In this document: positions 46,801-56,800 of the stretch, in pieces
Layout: each line of letters begins with the position of its first letter
How positions within the stretch are numbered: the stretch's first letter is position 1
From: a virus
Direction: 5' to 3' (one strand)
Length of the DNA: 64,000 nucleotides
Virus record (IMG/VR): IMGVR_UViG_3300017783_000003
Coordinates: 32,001-96,000 of that record
Translations under genes and position numbers: made by a program
Notes under the pieces: generated by a model
Database searches by the model: none
What the model was told of the DNA's origin: nothing
What the model saw: only the letters and a program-made list of their open reading frames with translations

Positions 46801-48836
46801 CTATCAGAATTGTCAATACGTTTGATCTTGGTATCAACTACGACATTATCGTATCTAAGCAGATTGTTTCTGAAACTGACTACGATTTCTCTTCTGTAAC
46901 ATCACTGAAGACTACTGTTACTAAGACAGTCAACTCTCAGGATCAGTTTATTAATGTAGTACAACGTGAACTTGACTTTACTGAGTTTAATCACTCTATC
47001 GTTATTACCGCTGAAGTTAATGACATCGATTCAATCACTTCAGTTCTACCTGGAGTTGAGGAAGTAAATCGATTTATTGTTTCTACTTACGCCACAAGTG
47101 AGTCTGATATCAAGGCATTTAATACTGAGTGGAAACAAACTGCACAACTGACTCAACGTGGTGCAATTGAAGATAATGTATCACTAATTAATGTAACATC
47201 TGATGTCCCAACTCTCAATGTTGAGGTTCTTCAGATTGAGACCCTCACCGAAATTCAGAAGATTACTCATACCCGTGTAACTCTTTCTGAAAGGGAAGAA
47301 GTACTTGAGGCACTAACTTCTGCGTCTGTAGTTGGCGTAGAGGTCACTGGCGTTGGTGTGGAAGGAATTGTATCTTCCGCTAGAATTGATACCAATGCCG
47401 TTAGAGAGTCTCTCAAAGTTTTGAGACTTGATATTAATCATGAATTAGTAATCTCAACAGAAGTGGTTAGAGATCCATTTGAAACTGACTATCAGCAGAC
47501 TGTTACATCCAACTTCTTTAGAGTTGAATATGAAGCAACTGTAGTACAAGGCGGCGTAGACATCTATGCCGATCCATCTGTTAAAGTAGTAAGTAGTCAA
47601 CATATCATCAAACCTCAAGTTGATATTGCAACTAATAGTCAGGTTACTACTACAATCCAAAGCATTAACAAGCAGGTTACTATCAAACCCGCTGATTCTA
47701 TTATGGCGGTGGAGGTTGAATACGGAATTACCCGTGTCTTCTACTTCAATGCACCTCCATTAGAACTTGCTTCTATTGAAGAAGTTACAATTACTGGTGT
47801 TGATAGGCAAATTTCAGTTGGTACAATAGTAAGAGAAAGTGCTGAAAGTATTCTTTCTTCACAGACTACTGCAGTTAATGATAATTTGAGTGCTATTGCA
47901 AGCACAGTCGTTTCCTCAAATTATGAAACTCATCATACAGTTGCAAATACTGTTACATATGACATTGATACGACGATTAGAGCATCCTCTACTACCATCA
48001 CGGATCAGGTAGATTCCTTAGATACTACATCTTCATTGATGACAGTTTCTAAGACTGCTGAGATCCCTGCGTTCTTCACTATTGAACCTACAGTCTTCTC
48101 TAGACTTACCGCAACATCATCAAATATTGTTGCTACTACACGACCAGATGAGATTCAGCATACCATTAGTATTACTACTGGTCTTGCTGCAGATGAAGAT
48201 CAGCAAGGTGCATCTAGAGAAATTGATTACGAAATTGGTATTCTCGACTTCTTCACTGAACTATATGTTCTACCTCCGAAGATCAAGACGAGAAATCAAG
48301 GCGAGTTTGACCTTGGCGATCCTATCAATGAGGTCTTCACTAGAGAGCAAGGAATTATTCTTGTTCTTAACGCCAATAGAGCCCGTGAGGAGTTCTATGA
48401 TGGATACACAGTGGGTAATGCAGGATTTACTATGACAGGATTTGAAAATAACATGATGATTGATACTGGTGCTTTTAGAGTATCAGGTGATATCGCTGCT
48501 ATCACTATGATGTTCCCTGATATGACTATTCAGGACTTCACCGAAAGGCGTAGTTCTGCTGTAACCATGACTGGAGAACGCTTCAATATGGGTATTCCAA
48601 CTATTAATGAGATTGGATCGGTTCTTTCCGCATCTATTACAAATGAGACAAGTTTGGATATAAATAATGCGGGTCCCTTCCCAGATTCTGGACTAATTCT
48701 CATTGGAACTGAATTGATTAAGTATACCAGCAAGTCTGGCAATACATTGCAAGATCTAACAAGAGGATATGAGGGAACCGTTTCTGTGGGTCATTCCGCA
48801 GGAGACTATGTGAGAACATTTGGATCTTCTAGTTGA
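37875..48836 (+). CDS. gp7: Baseplate wedge initiator gp7-like protein with a long C-terminal extension (3653 aa)
   Basis: ESQLPAFI, FYKSKGT, HSPIIGWAYDGNPIYGPY (YHYH-like), DSYFYQDYSYVV..HPAGFKLFG; lies between gp6 and gp8. Confidence 0.8.
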   Translation: MASVTTRNISTLIESQLPAFIASEYESFSKFVEKYYEHLETRGGPLDIITNVTKYRDINFYEKNLLKQTTKVTQFVQEAATTITVEDASSFPEENGYIKIGNEICLYKSRTDTEFLEVSRGISGNTTLGDLYGESNFVTTQAEPHYVNNEVYNISNLFLYALVKNFESQYLGGFPEKYLKGEVDKRTLIKNISSFYKSKGTDKSIKFIFNAIVAKDEEDIPEVYNPKDYTLKASTSDWISNYSLKVKILFGDSQNLVGRKIVQRNQDNYASAVVDAVRYGGANGVFEVILSPSSINGNFDIAAQTTLKTDVNVGAGEGDRVDVGSTTGWTGKQGTFVINTENFTFNDKNVTQFILSGRSNPNTTHIAGTPVYSGDSITAETENGIISLLALGLVYNINPSSPQPYSTSGDKVQISKPGFESVHPAIDGSDWFVNYNYRKAFSPLNSAISSVINNLNSDVSAIYEDDQYFYICSTGYPHHAILKETSPVNLVDGKLLKLIRKYPSNTTEIYETSKRDVAIFLDGSTAFGYRDNDEIAVGKIVSTNLVNKGVGYQSAPFVLINNEPYKATAIVAGEVIQSIRIDEEEVYNADPEITITSGRGAKVKPIVTSGEITSIIVTEPGEYYSSPPQIRIFDALGKGSFAEFEAVLTTDGRLASCKKINGGRLYNRNTLIVDIVSVGSGAYAEASVKRWIKDRYKLHFSELDDNNGLTVDEYSGRGKQYAVIANPGNLRYRLGDNINNVLSENPAPHTHSPIIGWAYDGNPIYGPYAYSNPGDANSTIARMNSGYVLQNNRVNGPDINQYEVGTFIDDWKWTPSVNSGKTELDANNGRFCVTPEYPSGTYAYFISIDANGDPKFPYILGSNFYSLPVDSNYNSKMSQDDLPKNVRRLRSDTLDVNGIDTLATIADVIKGNINKAYADASAETFSIGSELFVDNDGSGGSGAKALVSEVTGEPVVNLESIDTKATIIDTVTSAYFFAGDTVYQGEGVTQTELITDNRVVTAFEFSSSPDVKVVNDLILQPPDGEFRVIKEIVSDIVQGEVIGDVVNNNRVVLRNVQGTFDSTIPIFAAIKVVNLLLETDATYSQGATLSLINDESGLTFATGKVVDGTFKQNSVKIRIQTGDFFNDEGYTVKSDVLEDTSKSIVISTSSLSENIQVVSTNDNVAMIQTIGEHNLGEGDKVNVNIFPEDNETTTTYYVRKRLYQTVKIDSISISSNIKDTGIGRFDLMNSGSGYQEGSYSNVELYFQDQTKVRRNIGRPGDPNNARANITVYNLGGGFGRVSFIELVNKGSDYRKGDILTVDDEILNRSPDTTSSQRLTLFVDHSGFGADETILNVSSATDISNEDVLRIGREIVKVTAVNRQDNQLTVIRGENNTDAIDHYNNQPLEIEESSYKLDTNYQPLGSDINKPYVVNYDESTRTLITAFNYTTASPITFLQSSIFFDQNVPSKFVRIKSIEESQYKLEFSTDNINFTVNPQIEVQKYYNYVFDTSHPSMNNTFLDFSASVNYNLLTSEKSVSTNLPGTAGAFVSLKLGFGPNISTNTYENEVPVNFNNYYYFIKASDNVNTDGASLKVIQDPLAGEQRVVYSTSNRFVYELSSIPQFDGTGNVSYTTSGAFAIGNISNIGIIDTGSNYTELPICKGVLPTITYQAETETIIDTSNGSIGSVRVINQGVNYSKPIALVTNGDGTGARFDCLIENGKIKSILTLNGGRDYTFAEVKVFESDVDIFFTSNNIGIPKNAKIIRSGYGYTSDYTTLPKFTSTLVLALKDFGDTVFFSGEEIKQYVDGVVVAKGRVTKNGWRIGSNLLKLENVVGIFRENSLIEGFYSGKSATIVKQIATDFTSDLRTYSDNLGRYNSERGHLSKNSQKLADSYFYQDYSYVVRSKSSIDVWRDLIKETTHPAGFKLFGEMIIESEAQSAMPQESRVIETHSFINLEPKNISVVDTKKFVKQSIILSTGLNIQRGIGSVSVDTFDTGETVAKELILDRPFNGDYNEDSGVLFGDTVYTLIDPREGTAYTPYSENGLIVTIDGVLQEPGVSFTIDRNKIVFSEPPLGLRIAEGQEVVAQKFYCLSIKFKDNKLNDQYIRKIASISDQFDGSKTLFSLYNEDGTIVKTLPNEKLIVTLNGVLQRARKDEENPFGNSYAIIRSVDPNRTDQIQFTEPPISHGELYESTDDINIAEKCFIYSVGSYTRLVIDEKTIKYRGQGPFLLRDEVTNDVVKVDSPEYAVVFVDGVLQIPGKSYNIVGPTITFDAPLSYYEEEDGTFFPQKVDILLLYGRDKEKSLTFFDYEPDTFLAEATVKISNALSDASSSSDLGNLENWFINRVPNDVKLNQKNDTLGKIKRVAFEDEVIDGTAYRTLSLLIVTPYFFDLKYGSDDLDFYFDDPKTGSTIILPIENGFLPGPGNIPTQVRSVSFQTDSDGNPELGLDLPSWLKGTELGYQAYLNKSSLYANLSIGDLIRIDGEKTYREVLDLPDKVKSKQFNKNEYLSSDIYANIKTTNYNDIVRGAGLAITAEIDANGSVTKLNWNRRDLNLYFENDILIQSSAYQYFTPPIVEFIPTTNAGGGAKAQVIATGGNIIDLVLLEGGYGYEEVPRVRVARGFDRIKGNTRTIKSTSILDISPPISFPADPGARNSSSGGGGESGRGTGTYLATYTEVVISQTGEAGESLFIYVDLSSVVGNLDTTKQITIIPAAGATTVSMPSASINESEVAFTGIEKSVSSSVRVFQPAEINIFTDPVPFSGVQQVESTATVSDVSTQITTTLPATVITEAVYQVDTASINDVGAFLDAPVEIDDTIIFVPNTRRFPQASRLLIGKEIVTYTKTKQDRFMYVERGTFGTTAEFHNAGDYLRHLPELISVIPIGNIEVFTIETSVRVQESHTQATTVTATSFSDVKSVSELEFTTQIERETQIEEKYEGFFVSEEVIVIPPEFITPTITTIHNSKSEVKSVIPPAGIEGAVSSGVVTLEDTTIRIVNTFDLGINYDIIVSKQIVSETDYDFSSVTSLKTTVTKTVNSQDQFINVVQRELDFTEFNHSIVITAEVNDIDSITSVLPGVEEVNRFIVSTYATSESDIKAFNTEWKQTAQLTQRGAIEDNVSLINVTSDVPTLNVEVLQIETLTEIQKITHTRVTLSEREEVLEALTSASVVGVEVTGVGVEGIVSSARIDTNAVRESLKVLRLDINHELVISTEVVRDPFETDYQQTVTSNFFRVEYEATVVQGGVDIYADPSVKVVSSQHIIKPQVDIATNSQVTTTIQSINKQVTIKPADSIMAVEVEYGITRVFYFNAPPLELASIEEVTITGVDRQISVGTIVRESAESILSSQTTAVNDNLSAIASTVVSSNYETHHTVANTVTYDIDTTIRASSTTITDQVDSLDTTSSLMTVSKTAEIPAFFTIEPTVFSRLTATSSNIVATTRPDEIQHTISITTGLAADEDQQGASREIDYEIGILDFFTELYVLPPKIKTRNQGEFDLGDPINEVFTREQGIILVLNANRAREEFYDGYTVGNAGFTMTGFENNMMIDTGAFRVSGDIAAITMMFPDMTIQDFTERRSSAVTMTGERFNMGIPTINEIGSVLSASITNETSLDINNAGPFPDSGLILIGTELIKYTSKSGNTLQDLTRGYEGTVSVGHSAGDYVRTFGSSS

Positions 48837-48844
48837 TTTATCAT

Positions 48845-48858
48845 TATAAATATAAATA
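48845..48858 (+). promoter_or_regulatory. Double late promoter TATAAATATAAATA
   Basis: Two overlapping exact TATAAATA boxes. Confidence 0.85.
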
Positions 48859-48893
48859 ACCAAATACAAAAACGTTTCTAAGAGAGATTTTCA

Positions 48894-50723
48894 ATGGCCG
48901 CAATTATTTCAGATAAATTTCGCATTTTTAATGCGAAACAATTCCTAGAATCTCTATCTGAAGGCTCCTCCGATACGGGCAACGAGCGTACAAGAATGTA
49001 CTTCTTTGTTGGTCGTCCTCAACGCTGGGATGCTTACGTAGAGATCTATAACCAGAACGACACAGCTTTCGTAGCAGGTAACGAAGTTTATGTTGGTGCT
49101 AACTATGCTGCTGCAACCTTTAAAGGTGTAGTAAGAGCAGTATACGAAGATTCCATTTTACTTTACAACATCGGACCTTCTACTACTAGCGTACCTGCAG
49201 CAGGTTCAACCCTTAAGGGTTACAATGGCACTGCAGACACTAATGCTGAAGCTATTTCTGGTGTTTACCGCTATGCTACCGAGGACGTTCCCCCCGTACC
49301 TCTCGACAACCAAAAAGAAAAATTCGATCTGTACGACGACATCATCGCTGCTAAGCGTATTACTGATGACTTCGCCCGTGCAGTTATCCGTCGCTATAAC
49401 TGGGATCTAGTTGCTAATCCTAAGTTCGACATGTGGAAACCTGACTATTCCTCTACTCCTGGTAGCGGTGGTCAAATTGGTAAAACTGCAGCAACTGGCG
49501 CTACATCTATTGGTGAAGCGAAGTTCTATGTAATCAACTCCCAGTACGAAGTATTCAAGTGCCTCTATAACGGCGAGAATCCTTCCAATCCTTCTGGTCA
49601 GAACGCAACCGACGAACCCAAGACTACACCTTCTGCTGGTCAAGGTTCGTATGCTAGCAATATCTTCACCGAAGAAGCTGGCAATGCTGGTTATATCTGG
49701 AAGTATATGTACACCATTCCTACGAATGATGTTCTTCGCTTCCTCTCTACTGACTTCATGCCTATTGTTGCTGCTTCGGATCCAACCCGTCAAGCAACTG
49801 AAGCAGCAGCAGTCAATGGCAGCATTGACGTTGCTCTAGTAGAATCCGCTGGTGCTAACCTCCCCAACGTTATCCACTATGCTCCTGTCCTCGGTGATGG
49901 AACTGGTGGTAAGGTCAAGATTGTTGTAACTGCTCAGGCAATCACTGCAGCAACACTTGAAGATGCTGGTTCTGGATACACCTACGCATCTGTAGCACTT
50001 AAGACTGGTACTGGTTCTGGTGCTACTGCATACGGTATCTTCAGCGATTCTGCTTTGACTAGTAGTGTAACTGTCGGAAGTACCGCATCTGGTGCTGTTG
50101 AAGTTGTTCTTCCTCCCCAAGGTGGACATGGTTCTGACATGGAGTTGGAATTGAACGCTAAGCGTATCATGACCAATATCCGTCTAACCTATGCTGAAGG
50201 TTCTGGTGACTTCCCCGTTGACAACGACTTCCGTCGTATCGGCATCCTCAAGGATCCATATGTCTTCGGCAGCACAACCTTCGCAACTGTTGATACCGTT
50301 AACGGTCTGTATGCAGTCAAGTTGAACAGTGCTTCTTCTAACTACCAGCCTGATGAAACTATCGAGCAGACTGTAGCAGGTGGTACTGCTAAAGGTACTG
50401 TTGTTTCCTGGACCCTTGACAGTGGTTCAACCACTGAAGGTGTTCTGAAGTACATCCAGTCTCCCGACCTCCACGCAGACAACGGCGTTGTTCGTGCGTT
50501 TGAGAGTGATGCAGGTAACTCAGTCAATGGTGGAACTTCTCTAACTGCAGCAACCGTTGACACTGCTGATAACAGCAATGTCCTTGGAGTTCAGTTTGCA
50601 AGTGGTCTTGCAAACCCCGAGATTGCTGCCAACTCTGGTGAGATGATCTACGTCGAGAACCGTCGTTTGATCACCCGTGCTCCTGACCAGATTGAAGACA
50701 TCAAACTTGTCATCGAGTTCTGA
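48894..50723 (+). CDS. gp8: Baseplate wedge subunit gp8
   Basis: MAAIISDKFRIFNA, VFKCLYN, GYIWKYMYTI, YVENRRLITRAPDQIEDIKLVIEF. Confidence 0.9.
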   Translation: MAAIISDKFRIFNAKQFLESLSEGSSDTGNERTRMYFFVGRPQRWDAYVEIYNQNDTAFVAGNEVYVGANYAAATFKGVVRAVYEDSILLYNIGPSTTSVPAAGSTLKGYNGTADTNAEAISGVYRYATEDVPPVPLDNQKEKFDLYDDIIAAKRITDDFARAVIRRYNWDLVANPKFDMWKPDYSSTPGSGGQIGKTAATGATSIGEAKFYVINSQYEVFKCLYNGENPSNPSGQNATDEPKTTPSAGQGSYASNIFTEEAGNAGYIWKYMYTIPTNDVLRFLSTDFMPIVAASDPTRQATEAAAVNGSIDVALVESAGANLPNVIHYAPVLGDGTGGKVKIVVTAQAITAATLEDAGSGYTYASVALKTGTGSGATAYGIFSDSALTSSVTVGSTASGAVEVVLPPQGGHGSDMELELNAKRIMTNIRLTYAEGSGDFPVDNDFRRIGILKDPYVFGSTTFATVDTVNGLYAVKLNSASSNYQPDETIEQTVAGGTAKGTVVSWTLDSGSTTEGVLKYIQSPDLHADNGVVRAFESDAGNSVNGGTSLTAATVDTADNSNVLGVQFASGLANPEIAANSGEMIYVENRRLITRAPDQIEDIKLVIEF

Positions 50724-50745
50724 TCTTTTCAAACATATCTTTCAG

Positions 50746-50773
50746 ATCCCCCGAGAAATCGGGGGATTTTTTT
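50746..50773 (+). terminator. Intrinsic terminator
   Basis: ATCCCCCGA-GAAA-TCGGGGGAT followed by a T-run. Confidence 0.9.
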
Positions 50774-50780
50774 TATCCCT

Positions 50781-50788
50781 GCTAAATA
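50781..50788 (+). promoter_or_regulatory. Late promoter (GCTAAATA)
   Basis: Immediately after the terminator, upstream of ATG 50828. Confidence 0.6.
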
Positions 50789-50827
50789 ATAGAGGGAAAC
50801 AGGATCAACTAGAGAGACTCATTTACG

Positions 50828-53800
50828 ATGCCACAGAAGACTAACCTAAACGTATCTCCATATTTTGATGATTTTGATACTGACAAGAATTTTTACAAGG
50901 TTCTTTTTAGACCTGGATATTCTGTGCAAACTAGGGAATTAACATCCCTACAGTCTATCCTACAAAACCAAATAGAAAGTTACGGTAAATATCGATTTAA
51001 ACAAGGACAATTAGTAATACCTGGCGAAGTGGGTTTGAACAACAGACTCAATTTTGTCAAGCTTTCTTCTGTTTCCGAAGTTGCTGTAAATGAAAACGGT
51101 GCTATTGTCTACAAAAAATATGACATTAAGCAACTAATCGGATCCACCTTGAGAGGCATCAACTCTGGAGTCTCTGCTGTAGTTGTTGAAGTTAAATATG
51201 CAACAGAAGAATCTGCAGATCTCATTTTTGTAAATTACATCAACAGTGGCGATGATGGGAATGAATCCACTTTCAGACAAGGCGAAACTTTAGAAGTTGT
51301 TGGTGGTGTCAATACTCCCCTGTTAGTTGTTGGTACTGACGGAAGTGTATTGCCAACATCAATTCAAATTATTGATCCTGATACTGGAGATAATTCTTCT
51401 CTCAGCAGTCCTGCAATGGGATATGCAACTGCATTAAAAGTAGAAGAAGGTATTTACTTTGTTAATGGATTTTTTGTTCGCAATGACGAACAATTAATTG
51501 TTCTCAATAATTACTACGATAAAGCCTCTGTTAAAGTAGGATTTGCTATTGTAGAAGATATTATTACTCCAGAAGAAGATGCTTCTTTGTATGATAATGC
51601 AAGAGGATACTCAAACTCTTCTGCCCCTGGTGCTCACCGACTTAAAATTAAATTAGAACTTAAGAAGTTTGAATATAAGGCACTAACAGATAAAAATTTT
51701 ATTCAGATTATTCAGATCAAGAATGGTGTAGTTGAAAAGCAAATTAAACCTGCAGACTATACTCTTCTTGAAGAAACTTTAGCAAGAAGAACTTATGACG
51801 AATCTGGCGACTATGTAGTTAAAGATTTTACTATTGATACTAGAGAGTATTATCAACGTAATGGAAACAATGGTATTTACAAGCAAGGAGATAATGGACT
51901 TGTAAAGGGTCTTTCTGCAACAGAAGCAGAAACAAAACTTGTTGTTAGTGTAAGTCCTGGTAAAGCATACGTACGTGGATTTGAAATTGTCAACAAAGAA
52001 GTCAAATATCTTACTATTGAGAAAGCTAGAGATACTTTAACTAGAGATAATGTAACTGTTAAATCTAGAGGTGCTTCTGCATTTAAAGTTAGTAACGTAT
52101 ATGGAACTGTACCTCTCAATACTGTTGCTGGAGAACTGAGTGCATATCCAGACGTATATTTGAATGCAGTATTTAATGATGGTAGTATTGGTTTTAATGG
52201 TCTAGAAGAAGAAACTAGTTATAAATTTACTACCTCCAGACGTGCAATTGAGTTTGGATTGGATAAGGGTCTCAAGACCATTATGATTAACGTTACTGAG
52301 GGTAATGCAGATCCAGTAGTAAAATCAGACTTCCCAACTAAACTATGGTATGTAAAATCTAGAAGTGGTAGTACACCAACGTCTGCTGGGTATATTGATA
52401 TTGTAGCATTCTCTAATGCAAACGATATTAATGTTGCAGGCACAACTTCATATTTTGTTGAAGCAACTATCTATGGAGAAAGATCTGTTCTGGATGAGTA
52501 TTTTGTTGAGTATGATGAAGGTGATCCATCCAAGTATAGAATTTTGTATAAAACTGAAGCGGATGTTCTGCCTCCAGAAGGATACACCCCAGAGCTTTCT
52601 TATGGTAGATTGGTTTCATATACAAACACAATTACCCCTACTATTGGTGTAGTAAAACCAAAAGATTTCAGTCTATCTGATAGACCTGACGGATTTAGTC
52701 AAGACACAGATAAAATTATTTCCAGAGGAAAATCTGGTGTAAACGCACAACCATATAGTGGTATCTTCAATTTTGGATACTTTAATCCAACATTCTTTAC
52801 TAGAATAACCTTAGAGACCACACCAGCAGAAGGATTTGGATCTGGTAAATATATCTACGGCAAGACCAGTAATGCTGTTGGAGTCATTGAGAATGATCTA
52901 AGTTCTAACTATAGTAGTGGTTCTAAATTATTTGTCACAACAATTGCAGGTCAGTTCCATTCGGGAGAAACCATTTTTGATGAGCAAGGATTCTCAATCA
53001 AAATTGCAAAAGACAATACAATTTCCCACTTCATTTGCACAAAGCGTGGTACTGGATATGGTAGCGACGACTCTACCAGTCTTTTTATCAATGGCAATGA
53101 GATCAATAATTCTAAAGTAGCACCAAGAACTTCTGGTCAAGGAATTTATAGAATCGAAGTTCTAGATCGTTCTGCTCTTAGAGAAACTTTTATTGCACCA
53201 CCACAAGTTAAAGCATTCCCAATTCAAGAATCTGCGGCAAACAATCCATCAGTTATTCCAGTTCTGTATAAGAATACTGTTCTAACTTACACCCCGCAGA
53301 ATGTCAAATCTCTGCAGTCTACTTATAATAATTACAAATTTACTGCAGACGTTGATTTTTCTAAAACAAAATATTCAGATTATAGACCTATCACCAACTT
53401 TAGTTTCTCTGGTAAGCAGGGTTCTAAATTCCTTGAGTGTAGTGGTTTTGGAGCAAATCTATCTAAAGACCTTATTCAAGGTGATATCATTCAGTATACT
53501 GATGGCGATGATAATATTGTCAAGAATATTGTTCAATGGACTAGTGATGCAGAAGGTACAGTTAAATCTAGAATCTATTTAACTTATTCATTGAGAGATG
53601 ATGTTACAAACATTTCTGTTGTTAGAGTAAGACCTTTAGTATCTAATGTAAATGCTTCATTAATTTTTCCAACTGGAAGTAAGCAAATTGCATCTCTAGT
53701 TAGAGATAGTTCTGATACAAAAATTAAATACTATGTTAGAAAAGATTTTACTTCTGATCTAAATGCTGCTGGCGGTGTCATCACCTTCACAGCACAACTT

Positions 53801-56800
53801 CCTGTAGGATTCCAAAGATTTGTTGCTTTTAATGAAAATGCTTATGTTCTCACAGTTCTAGAAAAAGGAGATTCTGATGTTGTAGAAACTGGTGATATTG
53901 TATACATTGATCCTAAATTTGTATCTATTAATTCATCTACTTCAGATAGCACAGGAGTAACAGCAGGTTCTCTTGTTATCCAAATGCCACAGAACTTCTT
54001 TGGTATTGGTCTCACCGTATATCCAAAATTAAAACTTACTGCTAGTGTTGAGATTGATCAAGCTAAACCAAGACTCAAGACTGCTATCAGAAACCAAAGG
54101 ATCGTTATAATCTCTGGCGGAGACCGTGTTATTCCTTTGCGTGGTTCTGACTATGATGGTGTGGCAACCGCCATTCTTTCATATTCAGACGCATTCAAAC
54201 TAAGATATGTTTATGAAGGTTCTTCAACTACACCACCTGATGTAGATTCTGCGGGTAATCTTATTAGTGGAACCGATGTAACTTACAAGTTCTCATTCGA
54301 TGATGGTCAAAGAGATACCTTGTATGATGTTTCGAGATTGGTTCTTAAACCAGGATTTGAATCCACCCAAGGTCAACTTGTCGTTGCATTTGATTATTTT
54401 GAACATTCTTCAGGAGATTTCTGTACTGTAGATTCCTATACTCATGAAGCAGGTGTAGAAGGTAGTGAAGTTCCTTCATTCAACTCTTCTGTACATGGCA
54501 TCGTCTCACTAAAAGATGTTCTTGACTTTAGACCTAAAGTAGATTCTTCTACTACTGTTACAGGTTTCCAAGATGTCTCTATACTGTCTAATCCTTCTGG
54601 TGCTAGTTACATTAACTTTACTGGGGACTCTGGTGTTACCGCTTTAACTCCAGCATCTGATCCTGGATTAGAGTACAGCATGTCCTTCAGTGAAACTCAA
54701 TACTTAGATCGTATTGATGGTATCTTCTTAAATAAAAAAGGAGAATTTGTTGTTAAGAAAGGAAATGCTTCTCTAAATCCAGCAAAACCAGATAACGTAG
54801 ATGATGCTATTACTATTGCATATCTACATATTCCAGCGTTCACTAAGAGCAACAAAGATGTTCGTATCGTTCCCGTAGATAACCGTCGTTATACGATGCG
54901 TGACATCGGTAAATTAGAGAAGCGTATTGAACGTTTAGAGTATTACACTACTCTCAGTATTCTAGAGCAACAAACTCTTAATATGCAGATTAAGGATACT
55001 GTTGGTTTCGACAGATTCAAGTCTGGTTTTATTGTTGATAATTTTGAAGGTCATGGAATTGGTAATATCATTTCCGAAGACTACAAATGTTCTATTGACA
55101 CCCAACAGTCTGTTTTACGTCCATCCGTAAAAGAGAACAGTATTAATCTTAGAGAAGTTAATACTAGAAATGATCAAAGATTAATCTCTGGATATGTAAA
55201 TAACTCTAATGTTATTACTTTACCATATACTTCTCTAAAATTACTTGGTAATGAATTTGCTACAAAAACTATTAATCCAAATCCTTTCGTAGTTATTCAA
55301 TACGTAGGTGACTGCAGTATCTCCCCAACCATTGATCAATGGTACAACACAGATATTGCACCTCTTGCTCTAAACACAAATACAAATCATTACGCTATTT
55401 TCCAGGCAAAAAATGATGTTAGAGACGCTATTGGAAGCATCTTTAATTCGTTCATTGTTAATTGGACTGGTTCTGATTCTTCATTGATGTCAATTAACTC
55501 ATTCGCAACAGTTACTTCAGACAAAGTTGAATCTTTCGTTCAAAAAGCAAACATTGCTAGTTCTTCTAACGTAAGTCCACAAAACAATGAGATTGCTAAA
55601 GGTGTAACCACCAAGACTGTTAATGGAGTTAAAGTTTCTTCTTCCTTAGAGTTCTTTGCACGTTCTATTCCAGTCTTCTTTAAAGTACAAAGATTAAAAG
55701 CAGATACTAAATTAAATGTATACATTGATGGAAGAAGTGTAAATCCATGGGTAGTACCCGATAGCAACTTCAGTGGCATTGCAGGAAACTCTCTCACCAC
55801 ATTTGGTTCCGAACTTAAAACTAACAGCAATGGTGATCTAAGTGGTATGATTCTTATCCCATCTGGTTATGAACCAGTATCTAATTCTAGATGGTATGGA
55901 AATTCTGACAATGTAGATTATAATCTTGCTTCCGAAGAAATCTATATTGCTGCTGGCGAGAAAACAATTACATTTACAGATACTGATAACTATGATAACA
56001 AATCCGAGTCCAACTCGTATGCTGACGTAATATTCTATTCCACTGGAATCATTCCAGAAAATCCCTCATCTATTGTTTCTACCACAGCAGCATACTTCAA
56101 AGCAAATGAAGGTGTTCAGTCTGTAAATAGTAACACTGATAAAGAAGTAAAACCAAACCCACTTGCCCAAACTTTCAAAATTGAAAACTTTAGTGGTGGT
56201 TGTTTCACAACTGGCATTGATCTGTTCTTCAAGAACAAAGATACTTCTATTCCAATTAAGACTTATCTAACCAATGTTGATACTGGAAAACCAGGCAAGC
56301 ATGTAATTCCAGGTTCTACTTCAATTAAGTATCCAGAAACATATCTCAAAATTTTCGTAACTGGAGATAATGATACAATCTCTATTAAGAAAAATGAGTT
56401 TGTAAAAGGTTCTGCCACAAATGCTTCTGGTCCTATCCTAAGAGTTTTTGATAAGAACAATATTCAAGTTGGTGACGAAAATTCACTACAGTTCCAATTA
56501 AACAAAGAACAAGTATATACACTTATTTTAGAAAATCATAATGGAATTTCCTTTATTGCTAACGAGCAACTTATTATTCCTTCTGTTACTGAATACAACA
56601 ATACTAGAAATAAGGAAGTCTTAATTAACATTGCCAAAGATTCTGGAAAACTTGTTGAATTACAAGTAGAACAGACTGGATCTAATTATGAAACTGCAGC
56701 AATAACTATCGAAAGTCCACAACTTCCAGGTGGATCTACTGCTACAGGTAACATATATGTATCCGATGGTCAGATTTATTCTTCTGAACTAGTTCTTTCT

